DNA of 64,000 nucleotides, from positions 8,169-72,168 of the forward strand of contig CAIWUU010000058.1 of the NCBI GenBank assembly GCA_903915955.1. The letters run 5' to 3'. The notes under the pieces are model-generated. The model worked only from the letters and a program-made list of their open reading frames with translations, searched no databases and was not told where the DNA came from. The stretch comes from an uncultured Chlorobiaceae bacterium (GTDB taxonomy: Bacteria; Bacteroidota; Chlorobiia; Chlorobiales; Chlorobiaceae). The position numbers and the translations under genes were made by a program. Within the stretch, counting starts at the first letter, position 1. Each line of letters begins with the position of its first letter. Below, piece after piece: positions 20,952 to 30,312 of this stretch.

Positions 20952-22433
20952 TTATCGACGAGGTGCATCCTGGTTATCGTCACCATCTTCTGACTGCGCC
21001 GCCGAAACACCCGCATCTTGTGAATGAGCACTCTCCTCGGGATCCGATTTGATCATAATTTTTTTTCTTGGCGCACCTCCTCCAGCACGCGGTTCCATAG
21101 CCTCCAAACCACTCTCTGAAAAGTCATCCATACTCATCATATTTTTCACCAGAGCAGAAACCTCGTCATCAGAAGTTTGAATTGAAATGCTTTTGCGTGC
21201 AGGAATATTGGACTCTTGAAGGTCATCTACCGGTAAAATCATCTTCGAGGAGGCCTCGGAGCTCCTCTTTTTTTCAAAACCTCGATCCGTGCTACTGAAA
21301 CAATCATCGTTCTGCGTCGCATCATCATCACAGTTTATCTTGATTTTCTTTTTTCCAGAAAAGTCATCATCATCACTGAAATCCCGCTGACTGGATTGCG
21401 AAGGGTCCGTTCTTGATTCTGAATTTCCAGTCTTTGCTGCTGACCTTTGCCGCCGCCTCTTTTGATTTTCGCCAAAACTGTTAGAGAGACGCAGCAGTTT
21501 ACCCACAGAGCCGATAACACCATCATTTCTGACGGCGGTTTTAACAATATTAATGACAAATCGCTCAGCTTGCGGATTATCTGCTATGCTGTTGAGCAGC
21601 TCATTGAGCGCTGAGAGCATACCCGGAACATGTTGAAGGTCACTCTTGATCTGATCACGAATCTTGAAAGGCGCATCTCCAATCATATCCTTTATGGATT
21701 CAGCAACCCGTTTCAATGCAGCTGGATCCGTGGGAAGAAGGTTTTCAATTCCCCGCAATGCATCGGCAGGAGAAAACCCTTCCGGTTTCTGCTCTCCGCC
21801 CTGTTGACGGGGCCGTTCGTCAGATGGCGAATAGCCAAGACTCGCCTTGTATTGCTCAAGAAGATCCTGACCATAACCTATATTGCTCTCCTGCTGAGAA
21901 TGAGCTGGGGCATCAAATTGAATAGGAAAAGATTGTGGCGCACAAACACTCCGCGAAGCCTGTAAAATAAGCAGAGAGACCTGATCAGGAAGATTCTTGC
22001 GGTAATTAAGACCGAGGTTCTCTTCAATAAGAGACTCAACAAGTGTCTGGAGCCTGGTAATCAATTCAGCTTCATGTAACTCAACCATGTCAAAAATCAC
22101 ATAAACAGGCTCTTTCTCTTCACGACGCACTTTGATATTCAGCGTTGCGAAATCATGATCTTTATTGCGGCTGTTAACAGAGACAGCACCAAGATTAAAT
22201 CTGTCGAGATAATCTTTATTCGACCCTCTAGCCCACAGGTAAACTGCCTTGTCGGTATAAATGAGATAATCCTGAAAGGCAATATTCCCGACACGCTCCT
22301 GATGCGACTCATAAAACACTCCTTCAAAAAATGCAATCGGATTCTCTCCGGCACTCATGAGGCCCTTCTGAAAAAATTCATTCACATCACCCTGTTCGGT
22401 CTGCCCCGAAACGTACAACGATACATTAACCAT
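20952..22433 (-). CDS. hypothetical protein: globular N-terminal (PH/GRAM-like?) domain plus long acidic Ser/Asp-rich disordered C-terminus
   Basis: 493-aa ORF with no competing frame and no motif I recognise. The C-terminal third is low complexity ([25 protein letters not shown].., ..SEDGDDNQD). Confidence 0.65.
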   Translation of the reverse strand: MVNVSLYVSGQTEQGDVNEFFQKGLMSAGENPIAFFEGVFYESHQERVGNIAFQDYLIYTDKAVYLWARGSNKDYLDRFNLGAVSVNSRNKDHDFATLNIKVRREEKEPVYVIFDMVELHEAELITRLQTLVESLIEENLGLNYRKNLPDQVSLLILQASRSVCAPQSFPIQFDAPAHSQQESNIGYGQDLLEQYKASLGYSPSDERPRQQGGEQKPEGFSPADALRGIENLLPTDPAALKRVAESIKDMIGDAPFKIRDQIKSDLQHVPGMLSALNELLNSIADNPQAERFVINIVKTAVRNDGVIGSVGKLLRLSNSFGENQKRRRQRSAAKTGNSESRTDPSQSSQRDFSDDDDFSGKKKIKINCDDDATQNDDCFSSTDRGFEKKRSSEASSKMILPVDDLQESNIPARKSISIQTSDDEVSALVKNMMSMDDFSESGLEAMEPRAGGGAPRKKIMIKSDPEESAHSQDAGVSAAQSEDGDDNQDAPRR

Positions 22434-22555
22434 TGACCATACCTGTTCAGCTTAACACTTTTCAAAAGCTCGAAGCCAAATCTATGAAATTTTTACAATA
22501 AACAGAAATTACTCGCTTACCCGGGCAATATCAACCCTTGATTGATCGTTTTAAC

Positions 22556-22597
22556 AAAAAAAAAGGCAGTGAAAGCCGTTAAAGCTTTTCACTGCCC
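22556..22597 (-). terminator. rho-independent terminator of csmA
   Basis: On the minus strand, ggcagtgaaa/tttcactgcc forms a 10-bp stem followed by a 9-nt T-run. It lies 25 nt downstream of the csmA stop. Confidence 0.85.
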
Positions 22598-22621
22598 ATG
22601 AAAAGAGCGTCATAAATACGC

Positions 22622-22864
22622 TTATTTCGCGAACTTTGATTCTACAGCCTTGGTTGGGACAGCATAACCTGTCACCTCAGGTGAAGAACCACGAAGGGCT
22701 GTGCCCCCGCCCATGCTGCCGTAAGCATTGCGATTGATTCTCATTGTACCTTTGCCGAGAGAATCAAAAAGCATTCCGACAGTCTCCCAGTGCCCTTCAA
22801 CCATCACTTCAAAAATGCGACCAGTTGCGGCCAGGATATCGGTAAATACACCTCCACCACTCAT
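22622..22864 (-). CDS. csmA: chlorosome baseplate protein CsmA (precursor)
   Basis: The 80-aa product [48 protein letters not shown]...VESKFAK matches the CsmA sequence I remember from Chlorobiaceae almost residue for residue. Confidence 0.95.
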   Translation of the reverse strand: MSGGGVFTDILAATGRIFEVMVEGHWETVGMLFDSLGKGTMRINRNAYGSMGGGTALRGSSPEVTGYAVPTKAVESKFAK

Positions 22865-23009
22865 AAGTCCCCCTTGGAATTTAAATTATTGGAAAGTTTA
22901 AAATTTCAGAACAGTCAACCTTTTTCTAATCTACAGTAATTAACCAAAAAAACCAAAAAAAAAATTTCTCTTTTGAACGGAGCACCCTCCGACAACAGAG
23001 TGGGCTCTT

Positions 23010-23429
23010 TTATTTTCTTAACTGTCCCTTCTGAAAGGAACCCGCAAAATTCTTAACTACTTCAGAAGCAGAAACACCAGCGTCACCAACAGCAGTCGCA
23101 GCATTTCCTGTAGCATTTTCAACAGTTTCCACAGCAGTTGCATACAACTCGTTAGCTGTTCTTGATGCATCCTTGACAGTAATGGCAACCCTGTCAATAG
23201 TTTCTCCCACAACCCCGCCTGTATTGCCAAGCAGATTTCCGATACCAGTTGCATCAATAACAGCGCCAACGGTTCCTGTTACTGTATCAACAAGATTACC
23301 TGCCAGATTAAGACCACCCACGACAGCACTTTGGCCAGTCAAAAGAACACTTTCAGCAAGAAACGTAAGGCGATCGGTAAATTCAAGCTCTTTGAAATCC
23401 TTACGCAGTTTCTGGTACGATTCCGACAT
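23010..23429 (-). CDS. csmC: chlorosome envelope protein, CsmC/CsmD family
   Basis: 139 aa made of Gly/Ala/Thr/Val-rich amphipathic repeats, preceded by a strong SD (agggaggaag). It sits directly upstream of csmA, as in the known csmCA operon. Confidence 0.8.
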   Translation of the reverse strand: MSESYQKLRKDFKELEFTDRLTFLAESVLLTGQSAVVGGLNLAGNLVDTVTGTVGAVIDATGIGNLLGNTGGVVGETIDRVAITVKDASRTANELYATAVETVENATGNAATAVGDAGVSASEVVKNFAGSFQKGQLRK

Positions 23430-23556
23430 ATCTTCCTCCCTTGATAATGAGGCTTCCCGAAGGACACCTCTTGTTATAGTTTATATACTTAAGAGACCAA
23501 CTTCCCAAAATTTAAACATAAATATCAATCAAAACAAATTCACTCTCCCAAGCCCA

Positions 23557-24792
23557 CTACCCTCTGTCATACTCCTTATGCATCTTTTGCTCCTGTTTCG
23601 AGCGGCTATGATTCTGACGATCAAGATCAAAAGGAATATGCAACCATTTATCCTTGAAGACAGCATTTCCCGGTTCAAGACCTGTCAGGCTGATTGGAAG
23701 GGTAATAATCTTGCGCTGATTACCGATCTGTACAAACAACTCATCGCCGGTTACCCATACATCAATATCAACAGGGTTGGCAAACATAAGTTTTAACTGC
23801 ACCTCGTAGACATCCTTGTTCCTCACAAACTTGATCGGTGGCTCGTCATACATCATGTCCGACGGATCAGTGTCACCATACATATCTTTGGCGAAAAGCT
23901 CAAGTGACTGAAGACCGACAATCTCCTGCTCATACATCCTCAGTTTTTTTACCGGAAGAGGTGAAAAACCCTCCTCTATCTCCCCGAGGTACTTCTGCTG
24001 GATAGCTTTCCAGTTCTCAAGATATCCACTGTCCTCTTTGGTATCAAGCAGCTTGTTCACAAGCACCATATCAACCTTGAAACCATACAGATTCAAATAC
24101 GTCAGGGCACGCATGGTCTCCTTGATTGACATTTTCTCCGCATTCATGACCAGTCTGACGGTTGATTTTTTGTTGTCTGTCAAAATATCACGAATATCCT
24201 CAAGTTCATCAAAAACCTGGTCAACCGACTCAATAGCATCTGCAGGAGGAACAAAAAAGGCAATTTTGTCAGACATTTTTGAGAGTGGCTTACTCAGCGG
24301 TTTGATGAGGTATTTATTAACGTTTTTGATCGCTTTCATGCCCCACGCAAGGGTATCGGGAAGGGAAAGGAGACGAAGGGTCTCTCCGGTCGGGGCTGTA
24401 TCAAGCACAAGAACATCATAAAGGCCGGAAGCTTTATAGCGCTTTATCCTCAAAAGAGAAAAAAGCTCTTCCATGCCAGGAAGAATGGTCATCTCATCTG
24501 CCATGACACCGGAAACACCCTGAGCCATAAAAATCTTCGTGTAGTACTTCTGCACAGATTGCCAGTTCTGCTTGAGATCAACATAAGGGTTGACCTCAAT
24601 AGCATGAAGATTATCCTTTATTTTTGTTGGTTCAGCGCCAAGAGGGAGGTTAAACGAATCTGATAGACTATGTGCGGGATCTGTTGAAAGGACAAGAGTA
24701 CGATAGCCAAGCTGTGACAAACGAACAGCAGTAGCGGCTGATACACTGGTTTTGCCTACCCCGCCTTTACCTGTAAAAGTTAAAATACGCAT
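23557..24792 (-). CDS. Get3/ArsA-family ATPase with C-terminal HSP20-like domain, paralog 2
   Basis: It has GKGGVGKT, the switch II motif VLDTAPTGETLRLL, and a tail YEVQLKLMFANPVDIDVWVTGDELFVQI... The start is set at MRILTFTGKGG (ATG 24792). Confidence 0.85.
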   Translation of the reverse strand: MRILTFTGKGGVGKTSVSAATAVRLSQLGYRTLVLSTDPAHSLSDSFNLPLGAEPTKIKDNLHAIEVNPYVDLKQNWQSVQKYYTKIFMAQGVSGVMADEMTILPGMEELFSLLRIKRYKASGLYDVLVLDTAPTGETLRLLSLPDTLAWGMKAIKNVNKYLIKPLSKPLSKMSDKIAFFVPPADAIESVDQVFDELEDIRDILTDNKKSTVRLVMNAEKMSIKETMRALTYLNLYGFKVDMVLVNKLLDTKEDSGYLENWKAIQQKYLGEIEEGFSPLPVKKLRMYEQEIVGLQSLELFAKDMYGDTDPSDMMYDEPPIKFVRNKDVYEVQLKLMFANPVDIDVWVTGDELFVQIGNQRKIITLPISLTGLEPGNAVFKDKWLHIPFDLDRQNHSRSKQEQKMHKEYDRG

Positions 24793-25056
24793 GAGCCAAA
24801 GATATTGTATTTCGGAATGCAGAGAAAATGTCAAAGATATAACTCTAAGCTGACACTACAAAAGATCTTCTAACAAAGAGAGTTCAGGCAATCTTCAAAA
24901 TGTTTACCCCAGCCATGTTAACTATTTCGGCAATCCAAAAAATTTCCCGTTTGCGGCGAAAACAAACGCTTTCGAAGAGAGCGTATACCCGAAACTGCTT
25001 GCAAATGAGCACCCTGCTCGTTTAATTAAGCTCACTGTATCAACCGTCACCGATTT

Positions 25057-25866
25057 TTGATGTGCTCCATTATGTGCAAAACAAAATCCCTTGCCGATAT
25101 CAGGGCAACTGTTGTCCAAATACAAAATATCAGTCCTGATGTCAGCATCATCAGCCTTGAATGCCCGGGGATTGCATCTACGGCAAAACCTGGAAATTTT
25201 GTAAACATCAAGGTCAACGATGCAACACAGCCACTGCTCAGAAGGCCATTTTCCATACACAACGTACGGGGCTCTCTTATTGATATTATGGTTAAGTCCG
25301 TAGGACGTGGAACAACACTCTTCTGCAACACCCCCGCAGGCTCAACGGTGAAGGTACTCGGCCCACTGGGTAACCATTTTGATCTTGGCAGCGAACCTTT
25401 CCAGACTGCCGTTCTTGTTTCAGGAGGTATTGGAACAGCTCCTATGCTTTTTTTAGAGAAAATAGTTGTCGCCAGTGGCAAAGAGGTGATCAACCTCACT
25501 GGAGGAAGAACCAAAGATGAGCTGCTCACGCAAAACCTTACAAACTGCCGATGCGCAACAGATGACGGCTCTGCCGGCTTTAAGGGAACTGTCGTAGAGT
25601 TGCTCCGTAATGAACTCCCGGAACTCAAAAAAAAGGGAGCCATCAAAATTTTTGCCTGTGGACCAAATCCAATGTTGAAAGCACTCGCACACTTCTGCCA
25701 TGAGCATCAATTGGTATGCGATCTCTCACTTGAATCGGTCATGGGATGCGGGATTGGAATATGCTATGGATGCAGTGTTGAAGTAAAAGATCTTAATGGC
25801 AAGGCGGAAATGATCCTTCTTTGCAAGGAGGGGCCGGTTATCAATTCCGAACTTTTTGCAAATTAA
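25057..25866 (+). CDS. PyrK/NfnA-type FAD/NAD(P)-binding electron-transfer subunit with 2Fe-2S site
   Basis: It has the RPFSI FAD motif, the GGIGTAPM NAD motif and the C-terminal Cys cluster CGIGICYGC. I cannot tell whether it partners a dihydroorotate dehydrogenase or the GltD-like protein. Confidence 0.75.
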   Translation: MMCSIMCKTKSLADIRATVVQIQNISPDVSIISLECPGIASTAKPGNFVNIKVNDATQPLLRRPFSIHNVRGSLIDIMVKSVGRGTTLFCNTPAGSTVKVLGPLGNHFDLGSEPFQTAVLVSGGIGTAPMLFLEKIVVASGKEVINLTGGRTKDELLTQNLTNCRCATDDGSAGFKGTVVELLRNELPELKKKGAIKIFACGPNPMLKALAHFCHEHQLVCDLSLESVMGCGIGICYGCSVEVKDLNGKAEMILLCKEGPVINSELFAN

Positions 25867-25962
25867 TGTGTATTTTTATAGTAAATTTTTAGGCATATTA
25901 CTTGGATTTATATATGCGGGGACGGAACTCCCGAAGCTTTTTTCAACGAACCTCTAACTACC

Positions 25963-26451
25963 ATGGCAAAAGGACTGAACAAAGTAATGCTGATCGGACA
26001 TTTAGGAAATGACCCTGAAGTAAAAGTGATGACTTCAGGCCAGTCGAAGGCCAATTTTACTCTGGCTACCACCGAAAGCTTCAAGGACAACGATGGAAAC
26101 TGGCAAGAAAAGCCTGAATGGCACAGAATCATCGTTTGGGGTAAACTTGCCGAGATATGCGGCCAGTACCTGAAAAAGGGACGGCAGATTTATGTAGAAG
26201 GGCGTCTGCAAACCAGAAGCTGGGATGATCCAAAAAGTGGTGAAAAAAAATATACTACTGAGATTGTCTGCTCCGAAATGCAGATGCTTGGCGGACAACG
26301 GGATCAGAGCAGTGGTGTCGGGGGATATGATGGCGATGAACGATCACAGATCAACTCTCCTCATAAGGAATATTCACAAGGAAATCCAACGCAGGCCATG
26401 CCTCCCTCCGTATCAATACTTGAAAACGAAAAGGATGACCTGCCATTTTGA
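25963..26451 (+). CDS. ssb: single-stranded DNA-binding protein
   Basis: The N-terminal OB fold starts [20 protein letters not shown], followed by a Gly-rich linker and an acidic tip ending DDLPF. Confidence 0.95.
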   Translation: MAKGLNKVMLIGHLGNDPEVKVMTSGQSKANFTLATTESFKDNDGNWQEKPEWHRIIVWGKLAEICGQYLKKGRQIYVEGRLQTRSWDDPKSGEKKYTTEIVCSEMQMLGGQRDQSSGVGGYDGDERSQINSPHKEYSQGNPTQAMPPSVSILENEKDDLPF

Positions 26452-26509
26452 CTCTTTAAACCTTCAGGGCGCACCAAAGTGCGCCCCTTGATGCCTGACC
26501 TCTCCTCCT

Positions 26510-27553
26510 ATGGATGCACTGAAAAAAAATATTCGTGCTGGTGCCATTGCTCCGATTTATCTCTTGTATGGCCCTGAAAGCTTCCTCAAGGAAGAGGCTG
26601 CTGACATGATCAAAACGGCAATTTTTTCTTCGGAAAGCGATGCCGCATGCAACACGCAGATGTTTTATGGCCCCGAGCTGACACTCGGAGAGCTACTCTC
26701 CAAAGCCTCTGAATACCCGATGTTCACCCAGAGGCAGCTCATCGTTGTACGGCAATTTGATAAGATAAAAAAGCCCGCAACAAAAGAGCTGCAGAAGCAG
26801 CATGACGAAAAACTCAGCCGATACATAGAAAAACCAGCAGAATTTACCGTTCTGATTCTGGATACTGACCCTGTCGATAAAAAGGATAGCGAAAAGTCAC
26901 CATTCAGTGCGCTAAAAAAATACCGCCACGAGTTCCCGGTTATCAAGGCTCCTGATCTCTTTGCCTACAACAGAGCGAAGCTATTCGGGTGGGAATTTGA
27001 TGCCGATGCACTTAAAGCATTTACCGCCTATATCCAGCCATCAGCCAGGGAAATATGCCAGGAAATCGAAAAGATCATCCTGTATGCCTCTGCCCGCAAA
27101 GAAAAAAAAAAACAGATCACTGCGCCAGATGTCTACGACTGCGTCGGCATCTCTCGTACGTACAATGTTTTTGAGCTGGAAAAAGCCCTTGCAGCTCGAA
27201 ACCTGCGGCTCTGCAGTGGCATGTCGCTCATGATTATGGATCAGGAGGGTCAGAAAGAGGGACTTGGTAACATCGTCCGATTCCTGACCACCTTTTACAT
27301 TCGCCTGTGGAAACTTTCACTTCCTGAAGTACAGCAAAAACCGTTGGCTGAAATTGCAAAAATTCTCGGGATGTACGGTAAACAGGAGTACTTTGTCAAA
27401 AACTATCTTGCCTACTGCAGATCGTTTTCATTACAGGATACAGAGCAGGCGCTCATTGCTCTAAAGGAGGCAGATGCCGCACTAAAAGGTCTGCTTCCCT
27501 ATCTCGATGAAAAATATCTGCTCCTGCAGCTCATGCAAAAATTACTCGGGTAA
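26510..27553 (+). CDS. holA: DNA polymerase III delta subunit
   Basis: 347 aa. The N-terminal IAPIYLLYGPE..FL pattern and the length are typical of HolA, and the gene lies downstream of ssb. Confidence 0.8.
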   Translation: MDALKKNIRAGAIAPIYLLYGPESFLKEEAADMIKTAIFSSESDAACNTQMFYGPELTLGELLSKASEYPMFTQRQLIVVRQFDKIKKPATKELQKQHDEKLSRYIEKPAEFTVLILDTDPVDKKDSEKSPFSALKKYRHEFPVIKAPDLFAYNRAKLFGWEFDADALKAFTAYIQPSAREICQEIEKIILYASARKEKKKQITAPDVYDCVGISRTYNVFELEKALAARNLRLCSGMSLMIMDQEGQKEGLGNIVRFLTTFYIRLWKLSLPEVQQKPLAEIAKILGMYGKQEYFVKNYLAYCRSFSLQDTEQALIALKEADAALKGLLPYLDEKYLLLQLMQKLLG

Positions 27554-27575
27554 ATGACGAGAAACTGAGCCAAGC

Positions 27576-28586
27576 TCACAGCCACCCTTTTCGACGGTAC
27601 CAGTCAATGGTTTTTGCAACACCATCAGCAAGAGTCGTCCGGGCAGTAAAACCAAAATCCTGCCAAGCCTGCTCCGGTGAACAGACCCAATAGTTCTGCA
27701 CAAGTTCAATGGCTTTGTCGCGACTTATCAACGCAGGTTTTCCCCAAAGCGACCCTGCTGCACCGATCACCGCCCCCACAAAAAAAACAAATGGTTGAGG
27801 CAAGGAAACCTTGTACAGCTTGCTGAACCCAAGCACCGGTTTCGCAGCGGCAATAACATCATCCCATGACAAGGAACAAGAAGAGGTAATATAGTAGATT
27901 CGACCAATAGCCAACACTGAACGAGCAGCCATCATTATCCCCTCAACAAGATCATCAACATAAATCATGCTGAAACGCTGCTTCGCTGCACTGCCCGGTA
28001 AAACAAGAACGCCTCTTGCAAGCATAAGGAAAACCTGAAGCACATCCTTGTCTCCCGGCCCATAGACTGCCGGAGGGCGCACAATGGTCACCGGAATATG
28101 CGCCGCATGTTCCCGGCAAACCATTTCAGCCCGGAGTTTACTACGCCCATAAGCGCTCACGGGATGAGGAGTGTCAGACTCTTTTACCCCTCGTATACCC
28201 TCCGAAGCAGGGCCGCCCGCTGTAAGTGATGAAATATAAATAAAGCGCTTCAGCTCATGATTATCCTTCATGATCGCGGCAAACAGGTTTTTTACAGGCA
28301 TAACATTACCCGCCTCGTACCCTGACTCGTCAAGTGCTTTGGTCACCCCCGCAAGATGAATAATACGGTCAACACCTCTCACTGCACGAGCGAGAGATTC
28401 GGGATCGCTGAAACTTCCCCGAACAATTTCCACCGCGTCGGGCAGTGCTGCAACTTCGCTCTCAAAGCGAAGAAAAATTCTGACTTTCGCTCTTTCGCCT
28501 TTGAGGTATTGTAATAGCCTCACACCAATAAAACCGGTCGAACCCGTCACCAGGATGGTTTCACTCATATCCCTCATCACTCCCAT
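27576..28586 (-). CDS. NAD-dependent epimerase/dehydratase family protein (extended SDR, NDUFA9/3beta-HSD-like)
   Basis: It has VTGSTGFIG and a YxxxK (YGRSKLR). The start could instead be the MSETILVTG Met at 28568. It is divergent from the SPT-like gene. Confidence 0.8.
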   Translation of the reverse strand: MGVMRDMSETILVTGSTGFIGVRLLQYLKGERAKVRIFLRFESEVAALPDAVEIVRGSFSDPESLARAVRGVDRIIHLAGVTKALDESGYEAGNVMPVKNLFAAIMKDNHELKRFIYISSLTAGGPASEGIRGVKESDTPHPVSAYGRSKLRAEMVCREHAAHIPVTIVRPPAVYGPGDKDVLQVFLMLARGVLVLPGSAAKQRFSMIYVDDLVEGIMMAARSVLAIGRIYYITSSCSLSWDDVIAAAKPVLGFSKLYKVSLPQPFVFFVGAVIGAAGSLWGKPALISRDKAIELVQNYWVCSPEQAWQDFGFTARTTLADGVAKTIDWYRRKGWL

Positions 28587-28619
28587 TTATTCGGACACCC
28601 AAGCTACAATTCCCTGCAC

Positions 28620-28780
28620 CCAGCGCTGTGCAGCAAAAAAAACGAAGTCCGTTTTAACAAAAAAAAATAAAAAATTTAATTACATTTCGTTTCAAAAGCA
28701 GAATCCGCTTACCTGAAGAACTTATCGCTGCAAGAAACACAAAAAACAGCGATCGTAACAACAAGAAATTCCAGCGCTGT
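28620..28780. repeat. two copies of CCAGCGCTGT (contains the 8-bp palindrome CAGCGCTG) in a divergent promoter region
   Basis: Exact 10-mers occur at 28620-28629 and 28771-28780, 151 bp apart, within the 225-bp spacer between the SDR gene and the SPT-like gene. Confidence 0.5.
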
Positions 28781-28811
28781 CTGTCAAAGCTGAAGATAAA
28801 AATGAATTCCT

Positions 28812-30014
28812 GTGGAGAAAACGAAAGACTTATTCAAAAAGTGCATTGATTATACCATTGCTGATGAAGTAAAGGCTCAAGGCATATATCCCTTTTTTCA
28901 TCCAATAGACGAAAATGAAGGTCCTGTTGTCTCTTTTGGGGGGCGAAAGCTGGTTATGGCTGGATCAAACAACTATCTCGGCCTTACCGCAGACCCAAGG
29001 GTAAAAGCAGCCTCAATCGAAGCAATCAAGAAATACGGCACAAGCTGCAGTGGCTCCCGATACATGACCGGAACGGTGAACCTTCACGTGGAACTGGAGG
29101 AGAAGCTTGCTGACTTTTTTGAGAAGGAACGCTGCCTGCTCTTCAGCACTGGCTACCAGACCGGACAAGGCATCATCCCGACACTGGTACAGCGTGGTGA
29201 ATACATCGTATCCGACCGCGACAACCACGCCAGCCTTGTGGCTGCATCTATTATGGCTCAGGGAGCGGGAGCAAACCTGGTGCGCTACAACCACAACAAT
29301 ATGGAAGATCTGGAGCGTGTCCTTCAGACAATTCCTGAAGCTGCAAGCCGCCTGATCGTCTCTGATGGAGTTTTTTCGGTCTCCGGAGAAATAGTTGATC
29401 TCCCACACCTTGTGAAACTGGCAAAAAAATATGGTGCACGTATTCTCATTGATGACGCTCATGCTGTCGGTGTAATAGGTAAAAACGGCAAAGGTACGCC
29501 ATCGGAGTTTGGGCTGGTCAATGAGGTTGACCTCATTATGGGCACCTTCTCCAAAACATTCGGTTCACTCGGAGGATATGTTGTTGGTGACCGCTCAGTC
29601 ATCAACTATATCAAGCATAACGCAGCATCACTGATCTTCAGTGCCTCCCCGACACCGGCAAGTGTAGCCGCAGTTCTGACCACTCTTGAGATTATCCGTA
29701 CTGAACCAGAGCTTACAGAACGACTGATCTCCAACACCGACTACGTTCGCCAGGCACTGCTCAAAGCAGGATTTACCCTTATGTCATCGCGTACGGCCAT
29801 AGTCACCGTGCTGATCAAAGACCAGATAAAAACCCTTCTTTTCTGGAAAAAATTGTTTGATGCCGGAGTTTATGTCAACGCATTCATTCGTCCTGGTGTC
29901 ATGCCTGGCCACGAAGCGCTCCGCACCAGTTTTATGGCAACACACAAACGCGTGCACCTCGATAAGGTCATCACTGAATTCTGCACCATCGGCAGAGAAC
30001 TTGGTGTCATCTGA
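28812..30014 (+). CDS. alpha-oxoamine synthase family PLP enzyme, serine palmitoyltransferase-like (could be BioF/Kbl-like)
   Basis: GTG start. The PLP-Lys motif is [28 protein letters not shown] and [15 protein letters not shown] resemble my memory of Sphingomonas SPT (GEYVILDADSHASI, VRFRHNSVEDLDKRL, GTFSKSVGTVGG). Confidence 0.8.
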   Translation: MEKTKDLFKKCIDYTIADEVKAQGIYPFFHPIDENEGPVVSFGGRKLVMAGSNNYLGLTADPRVKAASIEAIKKYGTSCSGSRYMTGTVNLHVELEEKLADFFEKERCLLFSTGYQTGQGIIPTLVQRGEYIVSDRDNHASLVAASIMAQGAGANLVRYNHNNMEDLERVLQTIPEAASRLIVSDGVFSVSGEIVDLPHLVKLAKKYGARILIDDAHAVGVIGKNGKGTPSEFGLVNEVDLIMGTFSKTFGSLGGYVVGDRSVINYIKHNAASLIFSASPTPASVAAVLTTLEIIRTEPELTERLISNTDYVRQALLKAGFTLMSSRTAIVTVLIKDQIKTLLFWKKLFDAGVYVNAFIRPGVMPGHEALRTSFMATHKRVHLDKVITEFCTIGRELGVI

Positions 30015-30312
30015 GCGTATAACCCCTCCTCTTTTTACTCTCCCCGGTAACTGCCTGGGAGTATTTTTTTTCATTATTGCGCTAAATCCTTCTTATATCT
30101 ACCGTTTCACTCCAACCTCTGAGTATTTTCTTTGATTTTTTCATAGATTGAATCGTTGATTGCATGCACGGTGTGAACAGTATATGTCTCACGTGATCCC
30201 ATTGTCAGGATGTAGACGGTTTTCATGCTTCAGGTGCAAGTCGGAGGCTGTACACAAAAAAGTAAGTCTGTTTTTATTTGTACGAATCACTGCAACAAAA
30301 CCAGATACAATC

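Noticed and set aside
23173-23796. 207-aa plus-strand ORF across csmC and the ArsA-like gene
   Set aside because: It is antisense shadow of two well-supported minus-strand genes, with a low-complexity Pro/Ser/Thr-rich translation and no start context.
25047-25646. 199-aa minus-strand ORF opposite the PyrK-like gene. The same applies to 48483-49118(+), 11724-12368(+), 57218-57895(+), 54066-54569(-), 7599-8478(-), 60187-60699(+), 61562-62125(+) and 34034-34672(+).
   Set aside because: All lie antisense to, or out of frame within, genes that carry clear family motifs. Their translations are compositionally biased (Arg/Ser/Pro-rich) shadow ORFs.
30015-30312. Cobalamin (or other) riboswitch upstream of the TonB-dependent receptor
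   Set aside because: I looked for a B12-box-like element (..AGYCMGGAGACCKGCC..) and the conserved GGGAA/GGTG core and found nothing convincing. The region is mostly AT-rich promoter-like sequence.
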